Source: a virus
DNA: 64,000 nucleotides
Reading direction: 5' to 3' (one strand)
IMG/VR virus record: IMGVR_UViG_3300023179_000013
Location: 104,947-168,946 of that record
Numbering within the stretch: the stretch's first letter is position 1; every line of letters starts with the position of its first letter. A program made the position numbers and the translations under genes. Positions 49,424 through 57,428 of the stretch are shown in pieces. The notes below the pieces were generated by a model. It was not told the DNA's origin. It searched no databases and saw only the letters and a program-made list of their open reading frames with translations.

Positions 49424-49717
49424 ATGAACGGTTTACACAATCAATTTGCTGGGTTTGAATTGCCCGAAGAAATGAAACAAATGTATCGAGCAGGTTTCCA
49501 ACCATTTGGACCTAAAAACATAGCTAAATTAGCTCTATTCCTCCAGGAAAGTAAAGTAGATAACTTCAATGAAGTATATGACTACTATTTATCCCTCAAA
49601 CCACAACGTTTGGAAGGTGAATCAGATGCTGAATTGAAAAACCGCTCCAACTTCACTAAAGCGCTTCAGAAAAATAAACAATATTTCTACAATTATTCAG
49701 TATACGAAAACAAATAA
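49424..49717 (+). CDS. Hypothetical protein
   Basis: ORF downstream of a promoter motif. Confidence 0.6.
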   Translation: MNGLHNQFAGFELPEEMKQMYRAGFQPFGPKNIAKLALFLQESKVDNFNEVYDYYLSLKPQRLEGESDAELKNRSNFTKALQKNKQYFYNYSVYENK

Positions 49718-49721
49718 AGTT

Positions 49722-49940
49722 ATGGCAAATTTCTTTCAAGTAAAAGTACAGTTTACTGTTGAAGACAGTAAAGGTAAAGTAAAAAAACAAAACGTATTGT
49801 ATCTGGTAGACGCTCAGTCAGTGACTGAAGCTGAAGCCCGTACCGTTCAATTCTTAACCGCTAATGGCGAACAAGAATTTGAAGTGAAAGCCGCTTCGGA
49901 ATCTCCCATTGTACAGGTAGTTACATCAACACAGAAGTAA
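49722..49940 (+). CDS. DUF4494-like protein
   Basis: YLVDAQSVTEAEAR. Confidence 0.65.
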   Translation: MANFFQVKVQFTVEDSKGKVKKQNVLYLVDAQSVTEAEARTVQFLTANGEQEFEVKAASESPIVQVVTSTQK

Positions 49941-49949
49941 TTACTGGAT

Positions 49950-50023
49950 CGGGATTTAGTACAGTCCGGTAGTATGCTTGGTTTGGGACCAAGAGGTCGT
50001 AGGTTCGAATCCTGCAATCCCGA
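49950..50023 (+). tRNA. tRNA-Pro(TGG)
   Basis: Cloverleaf, CTTGG-TTTGGGA-CCAAG anticodon arm, GTTCGAATC. Confidence 0.93.
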
Positions 50024-50028
50024 CATAA

Positions 50029-50128
50029 TGAGAGGAGTAGACGAAAATCCTACACATAGTAAGGTGTACAACTTGCTGTTGATGGAGAAGTAGAAACATT
50101 GGAGGAAGTAATTAATTCTCCCCTCTCA
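50029..50128 (+). ncRNA. Unclassified cloverleaf-like structured RNA
   Basis: TGAGAGG/CCTCTCA closing stem plus four internal hairpins; no TTC T-loop. Confidence 0.45.
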
Positions 50129-50132
50129 ACAT

Positions 50133-50204
50133 GCTCTGTTCGAATAAGGGTTAGTTCACCTCCCTTTCACGGAGGTAATACGGGTTCGAATCCCGTACAG
50201 AGTA
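50133..50204 (+). tRNA. tRNA-Glu(TTC)
   Basis: CCTCC-CTTTCAC-GGAGG anticodon arm. Confidence 0.93.
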
Positions 50205-50239
50205 CCTGAAGACGGTGCGATAAGCATTGATGCCACGTC

Positions 50240-50340
50240 TGACCCTTAGCTCAGTAGGTTAGAGCAAACTTATAGTACTCACGCCACTACAAGCGTCGAG
50301 GAAATAAGTCGTGCCGCTGGTTCGATTCCAGCAGGGTCAG
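50240..50340 (+). ncRNA. tRNA-like RNA with 27 extra nt in the anticodon loop
   Basis: Intact acceptor, D and T arms; 34-nt anticodon loop region forming an extended hairpin. Confidence 0.8.
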
Positions 50341-50359
50341 CAAATTGATCTTTGAAATT

Positions 50360-50434
50360 GGACCCTTAGCTCAGTTGGTTAGCAGCGGCGCGCTCATAAC
50401 GCGAAGGTCGTAGGTTCAAGTCCTACAGGGTCCA
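50360..50434 (+). tRNA. tRNA-Met/Ile2(CAT)
   Basis: CGCG-CTCATAA-CGCG anticodon arm. Confidence 0.9.
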
Positions 50435-50439
50435 CGTTC

Positions 50440-50511
50440 GGTCCTGTAGTTCAACGGATAGAACAGCTGCCTTCTAAGCAGCGGATACAAGTTCGATTCT
50501 TGTCGGGACTA
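50440..50511 (+). tRNA. tRNA-Arg(TCT)
   Basis: GCTGC-CTTCTAA-GCAGC anticodon arm. Confidence 0.93.
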
Positions 50512-50517
50512 CAAAAA

Positions 50518-50549
50518 TTTGGAAGGCAAATATATAGTTCTTACATTTA
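50518..50549 (+). promoter_or_regulatory. Class-1 promoter of tRNA-Leu
   Basis: TTTG-GAA-GGCAAA-N11-TACATTTA, 6 nt before the tRNA. Confidence 0.6.
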
Positions 50550-50555
50550 ATGTAT

Positions 50556-50644
50556 GCCCTGGTGGTGAAATAGGTAGACACGCAAGACTTAAAATCTTGT
50601 GACCCGCAACGGTCGTGCCGGTTCGATTCCGGCCTAGGGCACCA
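50556..50644 (+). tRNA. tRNA-Leu(TAA)
   Basis: CAAGA-CTTAAAA-TCTTG, long variable arm, encoded CCA. Confidence 0.95.
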
Positions 50645-50656
50645 ATATTTATAAGT

Positions 50657-50983
50657 ATGGCCTGTCATTGTTTACATTTAAGAGACGCTACTGAATTTTA
50701 CTCGTTACTTAAACAACGTGACCCTGACTTAATCTCAAAGATGGTCAGATGTGTACTCAGTGCTGCCAAGCGAAATAAAGATAAAATAGACATATTTGAT
50801 ATCACGTTTAAATCAATGGATGAATTAACATTCACTATTGATAAGTCTCAATACAGAGAAATGTTAAGTAACTGTATGGCAGACATGATTACAGCTGAGG
50901 AATATGAATTATGTGCTGAAATCAAAAAGGTATTAGATAAGAAACCTCGCAAGTCGAGAAAGAAAAAAACAGAAGTTCTTTAA
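50657..50983 (+). CDS. UVR-motif protein, apparent paralog of 47808-48128
   Basis: AEEYELCAEIKKVL; ATG 50657 (the upstream GTG lies inside tRNA-Leu). Confidence 0.6.
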   Translation: MACHCLHLRDATEFYSLLKQRDPDLISKMVRCVLSAAKRNKDKIDIFDITFKSMDELTFTIDKSQYREMLSNCMADMITAEEYELCAEIKKVLDKKPRKSRKKKTEVL

Positions 50984-50988
50984 TTTAT

Positions 50989-51350
50989 GGGGGAGCCAGG
51001 TATTGCTCCGTAATGTGAAGGTACCACTACATGCAGACGGTTGGTAGAAGTCGTCTTTAAACAAACTGCAAACAACAACTGACGAAATGTCAACAATGAC
51101 CTTCGACGACCTTATGGCGTTCGTAGGTGCCGATTACGCTGTAGCAGCCTAATCCGCAAGGGGCAGCTGATAGCCTTGCAACAGAACAGCACTATAGGTT
51201 TCCTGTTTTTCCTAAAAAATAGGTGGTGGATGGCACGTTAACCAAAACTAGCGGCCCCAAATTACTGATCAGTTAATTCAGATCTAAGCATGTGATACGC
51301 TGGTGTTATTGTTCCTTACGGATACACGGGTTCGATTCCCGTCTCCTCCA
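50989..51350 (+). ncRNA. ssrA: tmRNA
   Basis: GGGGGAG/CTCCTCC-A acceptor with G3:U pair, GGTTCGATTCC T arm, tag frame ending DYAVAA-stop. Confidence 0.92.
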
Positions 51351-51404
51351 CAAGTACTTACTCCCCTTCCCATAAAACAGGGCGCTTAGAGTAAGTCTTT
51401 TCTT

Positions 51405-51435
51405 AAGGGTGGTTCGCTAGCGAACCGCCCTTTTT
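51405..51435 (+). terminator. Intrinsic terminator after tmRNA
   Basis: GGGTGGTTCG/CGAACCGCCC stem plus TTTTT. Confidence 0.85.
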
Positions 51436-51463
51436 GTATATTTATCCCTGATTAATTAAAAGT

Positions 51464-51979
51464 ATGAGAACTTTATTTACAACAATATTGATATCATTAT
51501 ATACGGTACTAGCCGCTCAAAAAGCTGTTCCTGAGGGAGAAATAAATTCACCCACATCTCCCTTCACCACAGTACATATTGGTACTGTTACTAATAAAGT
51601 TAAAATAGGCCCACTTACTGGAAATAAAAACTTAGCATTTGGTGTTAAAAACATAACTGAAGAAGCTATACTAGATAAAGGATATGATTTGACTGATAGC
51701 TCAGAACTTAGATTAGATTTAGAGATAATTTATCTTGACATTCAACAAACATCAACTGGTGTAAGTGTGTTTCATAAAACAGAAAACGAAACAATAATTA
51801 GAATAAAAGGTATTCTTTATATAAACAATAAAAAATCAAAAGAATACGTTGCAACAGGCAAGTCCTCCGAAATATCTACATCTACAATGATTATTGATGA
51901 AGGTGGTGGTTTTAATCAAGCTTCGGCTCGTTCTGCTTTGAAAAAAACCATTATTAACCTAATCGAAAAACTCCTATGA
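51464..51979 (+). CDS. Exported protein, possibly distantly CsgG/TolB-N-like
   Basis: Signal peptide (AA-Q); layout resembles 54490-55245 (FGVKNITEE vs LGVTNIVVE; FNQ..ALKK vs FNQ..KKAL). Confidence 0.5.
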   Translation: MRTLFTTILISLYTVLAAQKAVPEGEINSPTSPFTTVHIGTVTNKVKIGPLTGNKNLAFGVKNITEEAILDKGYDLTDSSELRLDLEIIYLDIQQTSTGVSVFHKTENETIIRIKGILYINNKKSKEYVATGKSSEISTSTMIIDEGGGFNQASARSALKKTIINLIEKLL

Positions 51980-53865
51980 AAAAACTATTATTAGCAATTG
52001 CGCTTTTAATCAGTTATGTAACCACATTCGCTCAAACACCTCAAATTGGACATTTCCAAACACTAGCCACTGTTAGAAGAGGTGATACATTAGATGTTAC
52101 CTGGTATTATAGACCTGGTGCTCCTGACATTCGTACATTCCAAGTTGATTGGCAGTACAAGAAAACATTATTAACTTATTTATCTACCACGGTAGATGCT
52201 TCAGTTAATGGTATGTCTCCATCTGTAAGTTATAAAACTTGGGATAACTACAAGTATAATAACTATTCAAATGGTACTTATACTTATTCATCAAATACAG
52301 ATTGGACAGTAGGACGTAACTATTTAGTATTATCAAGTGGTAATACAATTGGTTCAAACGGCTACATAATCCACAACAAATATAAGATTAATGCTGTAGC
52401 TCCAAACTACGTATCAGATACAATTACTGTAAACTGGGCTCGTATGTTTGACGTGAATGGTAATACTATTGGTGATAACGTAGCTCAACTTACAAACCAA
52501 AAATTAGCTATTAAATTATTAGGTAACTTAACATTATCAGGTAAAGTATGGTTAGGACCAAATATGGCTTTAAAACCTGTAGTTATCTGTACTCAAGCTA
52601 ATAACGGTGCTTTTATAGATTCAATCACAGTAAATACTGATGGTACTTATACTTTAGATAATATAGATGAAAATACAAGGTATAAATTAACAGTTAAATT
52701 CCCATCTGCTTTAGCAACTATTAGAGATAATGCTGTAACAATTGCTGATGCTGTTAAAACATATGATGAATATACAGTAACAGACGTTAACCAAACATTC
52801 AGTCGTCAGTACTTAAAATATGGTTTATCTTATTTGATTGCTGATGTTAACAAAACAGGTGCATTAGATGGTGGTGATGCTTATTCAATCTATGCTTCAG
52901 TATCAGGATTAAAACCAATTGATACAACTAAAGTATTAAACGTATTTAAAAAAGATGTATATGATTCATTAGTATTAGGTGCTAACCAATGGAATGATTG
53001 GGTTACTTATATTAACGGAGTAACTTACATTTACGATAGTGTAGGTACAGTTAACTTAACTGGGGTTGATATTAAGTATTTCATCTTAGGTGACGTTGAT
53101 AGAAGCCATTCATCTCCAGTATACGATGCAGGTGGTGGATTAATCGTAGGTGCTAGATATATTGGTAATTTAGATATTAGCATTCCAAATGTATCTGCTC
53201 CAACAGGTCAAGCAATGTATGCTTCATTTAATATGAATACAAACGGTATTAAAAATGATGGTCTACAGTTTGAAATGAGATACGATCCAACTAAAGTTAA
53301 ATTTGAAGAAATTGTATCTAATATTCAAGGTCCTTGGTTACAATATTTAACACATGATGAAGCAAATGGTATTATCCGTTTTGGTGGAATGAATAATCAA
53401 ACTGCGGGTTCATTAGTTAATAATGTAACTCCATTTAGATTAAAATTCTCTCCAATTGGAACAGGTGATGTATTAACTAACGTATATGTTAGACAATTAA
53501 TGGATGCTTCTGATAAAAACGGAGATCACTTTAACATCAATTTACAATCTGATTATGTAGTATTAGCTACAAGACCAGCTCCAATTGCAACACCTGAGAA
53601 AGAAATAACTGCTATGATTCGTCCAAATCCAACAAGTGGATTTTTTGAATTGGTAGTTACTTTCCCAAACAACAATATGGCAATGAATGCTAGAGTATAT
53701 GATGTACAAGGTAGATTAGTAAAAGAAATAGGTAAAGTAGCTAGTGATAATTACTATACAACTGTAATTAAACAAGTTGATTTAACGCAAGCTAGAGATG
53801 GTCACTATTTATTAGTGTTAGATAACGAAAGTAAAAAATTAACTAAACAATTTATAAAAGCATAA
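51976..53865 (+). CDS. T9SS cargo: cohesin-like, Ig-like, dockerin-like, cohesin-like, type A CTD
   Basis: Signal peptide FA-Q; FQVDWQY and GLQFEMRYDP cohesin-like; ADVNKTGALDGGD; IRPNP..VYDVQGRLV..GHYLLVL..KQFIK. Confidence 0.75.
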   Translation: MKKLLLAIALLISYVTTFAQTPQIGHFQTLATVRRGDTLDVTWYYRPGAPDIRTFQVDWQYKKTLLTYLSTTVDASVNGMSPSVSYKTWDNYKYNNYSNGTYTYSSNTDWTVGRNYLVLSSGNTIGSNGYIIHNKYKINAVAPNYVSDTITVNWARMFDVNGNTIGDNVAQLTNQKLAIKLLGNLTLSGKVWLGPNMALKPVVICTQANNGAFIDSITVNTDGTYTLDNIDENTRYKLTVKFPSALATIRDNAVTIADAVKTYDEYTVTDVNQTFSRQYLKYGLSYLIADVNKTGALDGGDAYSIYASVSGLKPIDTTKVLNVFKKDVYDSLVLGANQWNDWVTYINGVTYIYDSVGTVNLTGVDIKYFILGDVDRSHSSPVYDAGGGLIVGARYIGNLDISIPNVSAPTGQAMYASFNMNTNGIKNDGLQFEMRYDPTKVKFEEIVSNIQGPWLQYLTHDEANGIIRFGGMNNQTAGSLVNNVTPFRLKFSPIGTGDVLTNVYVRQLMDASDKNGDHFNINLQSDYVVLATRPAPIATPEKEITAMIRPNPTSGFFELVVTFPNNNMAMNARVYDVQGRLVKEIGKVASDNYYTTVIKQVDLTQARDGHYLLVLDNESKKLTKQFIKA

Positions 53866-53868
53866 TTT

Positions 53869-54201
53869 ATGTCAGAAGAAACAAACGTACAAGACCATAA
53901 CGACGGAACTTGGTCAGGTCTTAAAAAAACAATCATTGGTACTATAAGTACAGCTATATTAGGTGCTGGTACTTGGTTTATGACTACTTTCTTTGGTGGC
54001 CATAAAGAAGATAAAGAAGAACCTAAAACAGAACAAGCTACTCCAGCTGCTCAACCTACTATTGTTATTAATAATACTCAACAGCAACAACAAGCTGCTG
54101 GTGGAACAAAAGTAATCGAACGCGTAGTTGAAAAACCAGCTGCTAAACCAGCTGAGCCAGCTAAGCCTAAGAAGGAGTTTTCGGAAGAACCAAAATGGTA
54201 A
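53869..54201 (+). CDS. Single-TM protein with Gln/Pro/Ala-rich tail
   Basis: One TM, QQQQQ, KPAAKPAEPAKP. Confidence 0.6.
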   Translation: MSEETNVQDHNDGTWSGLKKTIIGTISTAILGAGTWFMTTFFGGHKEDKEEPKTEQATPAAQPTIVINNTQQQQQAAGGTKVIERVVEKPAAKPAEPAKPKKEFSEEPKW

Positions 54202-54223
54202 TTAACAATTAAAATTTAAAAGT

Positions 54224-54490
54224 ATGAAATGGTTTAAATCGTTGTTCGATGATAACAACACAATCAATGAAAAATCAGTTGTAGGATTTTTAGCTTTCTT
54301 TATGATGGTAATTGCTTTAGGCGTTGACATCATTACTGGATGGCTTGGAAGAGAATTCATGATTAATGAATTTATCTTTGATGGCTTTATGGTAATTGTA
54401 TTAGGTTCATTTGGTATTGGATCTATTGACAAGTTTATCAATGCTAAGCATAATAAAAAACCAGAAGAAGAAACTCCAACTGAAGAATAA
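54224..54490 (+). CDS. Two-TM membrane protein (holin-like size)
   Basis: Two TM helices, charged C-terminus. Confidence 0.5.
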   Translation: MKWFKSLFDDNNTINEKSVVGFLAFFMMVIALGVDIITGWLGREFMINEFIFDGFMVIVLGSFGIGSIDKFINAKHNKKPEEETPTEE

Positions 54491-55245
54491 TGGAAAAAAA
54501 GTCTAATATGATTAAAGCAATTATTGGTATAATTACGTACTTCATATTGATGTTTACACTAGCTACTAAGTGTAATGCTCAAGTAGTAGGTAAAACTACA
54601 ACTGAAGATTATAAAGCATCATTTGAAAAAAAATCAAATATTGATAGTCTATTAGATTATGACGGCCCTAAAATCCCAATTCAGATACTTAGCTTAGGCA
54701 TCAGTGATGATGTCTATGCTATGTATCCTGAATTAAAGGATAAGCGTGTTGGGTTAGGTGTAACTAACATTGTAGTTGAATTTTTAGAAGAAACTAACCA
54801 CTTTACTTTTACTGAAGATAAAACTGAAATTAAAAATAGAATGGTTAAGCAATTCCAAGCGTCACAATCTGGAATTACTGAAGATAAATTAGATGGTAGA
54901 GGTAAAATTAGATTAGCTCATTACTTCGCTTATATAGAAGTATATGACTTTTCAGTTTCAGAAGATGAAACAGTAAATATGAAAGATGGAGTTAAAAATA
55001 CTGTTGTGACTCGTCTTGGTTTACAAGTTAAATTTGTTGATGCTGAAACAGGTGAATACTTCACTGGTTCGGGTTTAGGTGAAGCTAAAACAGTTAGAGA
55101 GTTAACATTAATGAATGATGATAACTTTAGTGAAGTTAAATTTAATCAATCAACAATAGGTACCTCAACTAAAAAAGCACTTGAAATAGCGGCGGGTAAA
55201 ATATTACTTCGTATGCATAAGAAAGGTATATTTAAATTACAATAA
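54490..55245 (+). CDS. CsgG/HfaB-family-like exported protein
   Basis: Signal peptide NA-Q; FLEETNHF, VYDFSVS, LGLQVKFVDAETGEY. Confidence 0.65.
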   Translation: MEKKSNMIKAIIGIITYFILMFTLATKCNAQVVGKTTTEDYKASFEKKSNIDSLLDYDGPKIPIQILSLGISDDVYAMYPELKDKRVGLGVTNIVVEFLEETNHFTFTEDKTEIKNRMVKQFQASQSGITEDKLDGRGKIRLAHYFAYIEVYDFSVSEDETVNMKDGVKNTVVTRLGLQVKFVDAETGEYFTGSGLGEAKTVRELTLMNDDNFSEVKFNQSTIGTSTKKALEIAAGKILLRMHKKGIFKLQ

Positions 55246-55246
55246 C

Positions 55247-55354
55247 ATGGCACGCTCTAAAAAGAAACATTACAATCAACGCAGTATAAAAGCTGGTCGT
55301 AAAACAGCTAAACGCATAGCAGCAAATCATAAGGTTTTAAAATCATTAAAATAA
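55247..55354 (+). CDS. 35-aa very basic peptide (not in ORF track)
   Basis: MARSKKKHYNQRSIKAGRKTAKRIAANHKVLKSLK. Confidence 0.45.
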   Translation: MARSKKKHYNQRSIKAGRKTAKRIAANHKVLKSLK

Positions 55355-55365
55355 AACTCAAATGA

Positions 55366-56808
55366 TTGAAAAAATTAAGAACATATTTAATATTATTAAG
55401 CTTATTGCTGATAAGCTATTTAAAAAGTAACGGACAAACTCTTACTTATCAATTTATTGATCCGTGTACTAAGGTTGTAACATTTTTCTCTGTACCAGCA
55501 ACAGGAACAACAATATTTTTTCTAGGCAAATCAGCACAGTTTACTTCAGCAGATGTCGCATCAGGGGCATTTGCTGCTTGGATAAACCAAGCTTATACTG
55601 ATTATAGAAAAGTATCACCTTGTGGAGTACAACAAGGACAAATAACACAAAATCAAATTACATCACAAATTATTGGAAACACGGTTCAAAGTGTTGTAAG
55701 TAGTATTATGTCTTCAGCTCAATCCGTTGCTGGTGGAACAATTAGTGCTGGTGGAACAGATGCTGCTTCAAAAGGTAAAACCGAATCCGATAGCAAAAAG
55801 AAAGATAACAATGGAAATAATAACGGCAATAATGGCACTACTTCTAATGGTAGTAGTGGCACTGGGAGCAATACAAATGGCTCAGGAAATACGCAGAATG
55901 GGAGCAATACTTCTGGGGGCTCTAGTAGTAGCGGGACAGGGAATAATGGTAGTGGTGGTACTAGCGGGGGCGGTAATAATGGCAATAACTCAAATGGCAA
56001 TCAACAAAATCAAACAGAAAATAAAAACGGTGAAGAAGTAGGAGCTACAACAACAATAAATGTTGATGCTCAAAACCAAAAAAGTGAAACTAGTGGTGAT
56101 AATGGAGGAGGAGGTGGGGGAGGTAAAGGTGGAGGTAAAAGTAATAGCAAAAGTAGCTCTTCAAACCCAGTAATAGTATCATCTGACTTTACTACAGCAC
56201 AAAATCTAGACAAATCATTTACTCCAATACTTAATTTAAGTATGTCTCAATCATCAATGACAGGAATGTCAAGTTGGGGTACTACAGCCATGATATGGTT
56301 TAATTTTAAACAATTTGCCTTATCAGGTAAATACACTAAAATTAACTTTAGTAAAAATGGTAAATTAAAATGGGTACATAATATTAATTTAACTGCGGTT
56401 TACTCATATGGCAATATACTTGGGTTCGTTGGCTATAGCGGCATTTTAAACGCAGGTAAATGGGGTGTTACGGGCTTTAATACAAGCGCAGCAGCAACAT
56501 TAATGACTGAAGATAAAACAACGTTTATTTCCCCTTCAATTACTGCTTTTTATACTAGACCATTTAAAAGTGGTAAACGTTTAACCATATCTCCTGAGTT
56601 ATATGTTATGTCAACTCCGTTGATATATTCTACTAAGGAGAAAGTAACAACAACAGATAGAACATTTAGTGCGTTTATAGGTAGTGGGTTTGATTATCAA
56701 ATAACAAAACGCTTTAAAATGAACATGAATTATAAAGCAAATTTGTCTACTAACCCTGATTTCCCTATATTGTCATTTTTCCTAATTGGAAGTAAAGTTA
56801 ACCTATGA
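55366..56808 (+). CDS. Exported protein with Gly/Asn/Ser-rich linker and C-terminal beta-barrel-like domain
   Basis: Signal peptide NG-Q; low-complexity tract; alternating strands ending FLIGSKVNL. Confidence 0.6.
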   Translation: MKKLRTYLILLSLLLISYLKSNGQTLTYQFIDPCTKVVTFFSVPATGTTIFFLGKSAQFTSADVASGAFAAWINQAYTDYRKVSPCGVQQGQITQNQITSQIIGNTVQSVVSSIMSSAQSVAGGTISAGGTDAASKGKTESDSKKKDNNGNNNGNNGTTSNGSSGTGSNTNGSGNTQNGSNTSGGSSSSGTGNNGSGGTSGGGNNGNNSNGNQQNQTENKNGEEVGATTTINVDAQNQKSETSGDNGGGGGGGKGGGKSNSKSSSSNPVIVSSDFTTAQNLDKSFTPILNLSMSQSSMTGMSSWGTTAMIWFNFKQFALSGKYTKINFSKNGKLKWVHNINLTAVYSYGNILGFVGYSGILNAGKWGVTGFNTSAAATLMTEDKTTFISPSITAFYTRPFKSGKRLTISPELYVMSTPLIYSTKEKVTTTDRTFSAFIGSGFDYQITKRFKMNMNYKANLSTNPDFPILSFFLIGSKVNL

Positions 56809-57428
56809 GAACATTATTATTATTTTTATTGTTGAGTGTAAATGTGTTTGGTCAAGACACTATCACTATTCAACACAAAGCCTATTCAACTACATTTAGT
56901 AAATCAAAACATTATCCTGTTAAGGTAGAATGGTGGGTAACTAAAAACAGTTTAGTTTGTGATAACAAAATTAAACGTGGTGATAAATTTATACCTGATC
57001 CTAAATTAGCAACTGAAACTGATTTACAATCAAGTTATACAGGCCAAGGATTTGACCGCGGACATAATTTCCCAGCAGCTGATGCCGTTTGTGATCAAGT
57101 ATCAAACGATGAATCGTTTTACTTTAGTAACATGACTGCTCAATACCCAGCTTTAAACAGAGGTGATTGGAAATCTTTAGAATCATTTATTCGTGATTTA
57201 GCTTTACAAAACGATTCAACTAAAGTATGGTGTGGATCAGTTGGTGAAGATAAAAAGATAGGTATTGTTTCTGTACCTAAACAATGTTGGAAAGTTATTT
57301 ATGTAAAAAAAACAAATGAATGGTTAGCTTATTTATTTAATAATGACCTAAGTAAAGCTGATGGAATTGAAAATAATAAAGTAAAAGTGTCTGATATAGA
57401 AAAATTAACAGGATTCAAGTTTAAGTGA
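56805..57428 (+). CDS. Exported DNA/RNA non-specific endonuclease (NucA-like)
   Basis: Signal peptide FG-Q; DRGH, SNMTAQ..LNRG.W..LE. Confidence 0.88.
   Translation: MRTLLLFLLLSVNVFGQDTITIQHKAYSTTFSKSKHYPVKVEWWVTKNSLVCDNKIKRGDKFIPDPKLATETDLQSSYTGQGFDRGHNFPAADAVCDQVSNDESFYFSNMTAQYPALNRGDWKSLESFIRDLALQNDSTKVWCGSVGEDKKIGIVSVPKQCWKVIYVKKTNEWLAYLFNNDLSKADGIENNKVKVSDIEKLTGFKFK

Noticed and set aside
50285-50292. CTA in the distal loop of the tRNA-like RNA as an amber suppressor anticodon
   Set aside because: The loop is 8 nt, lacks U33 and is geometrically misplaced; TAG ends intact genes such as polB
49847-50668. ORFs 49847-50071 and 50474-50668, and the GTG extension at 50615
   Set aside because: They overlap tRNA genes
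51068-51082. Alternative tmRNA tag ANNN-stop starting at GCA
   Set aside because: That segment pairs within pseudoknot 1 and the peptide lacks the YAxAA degron
20097-56041. Alternate-frame + strand ORFs 20097-20336, 46360-46545 and 55727-56041
   Set aside because: Nested in or overlapping better-supported genes; the last arises from the low-complexity tract
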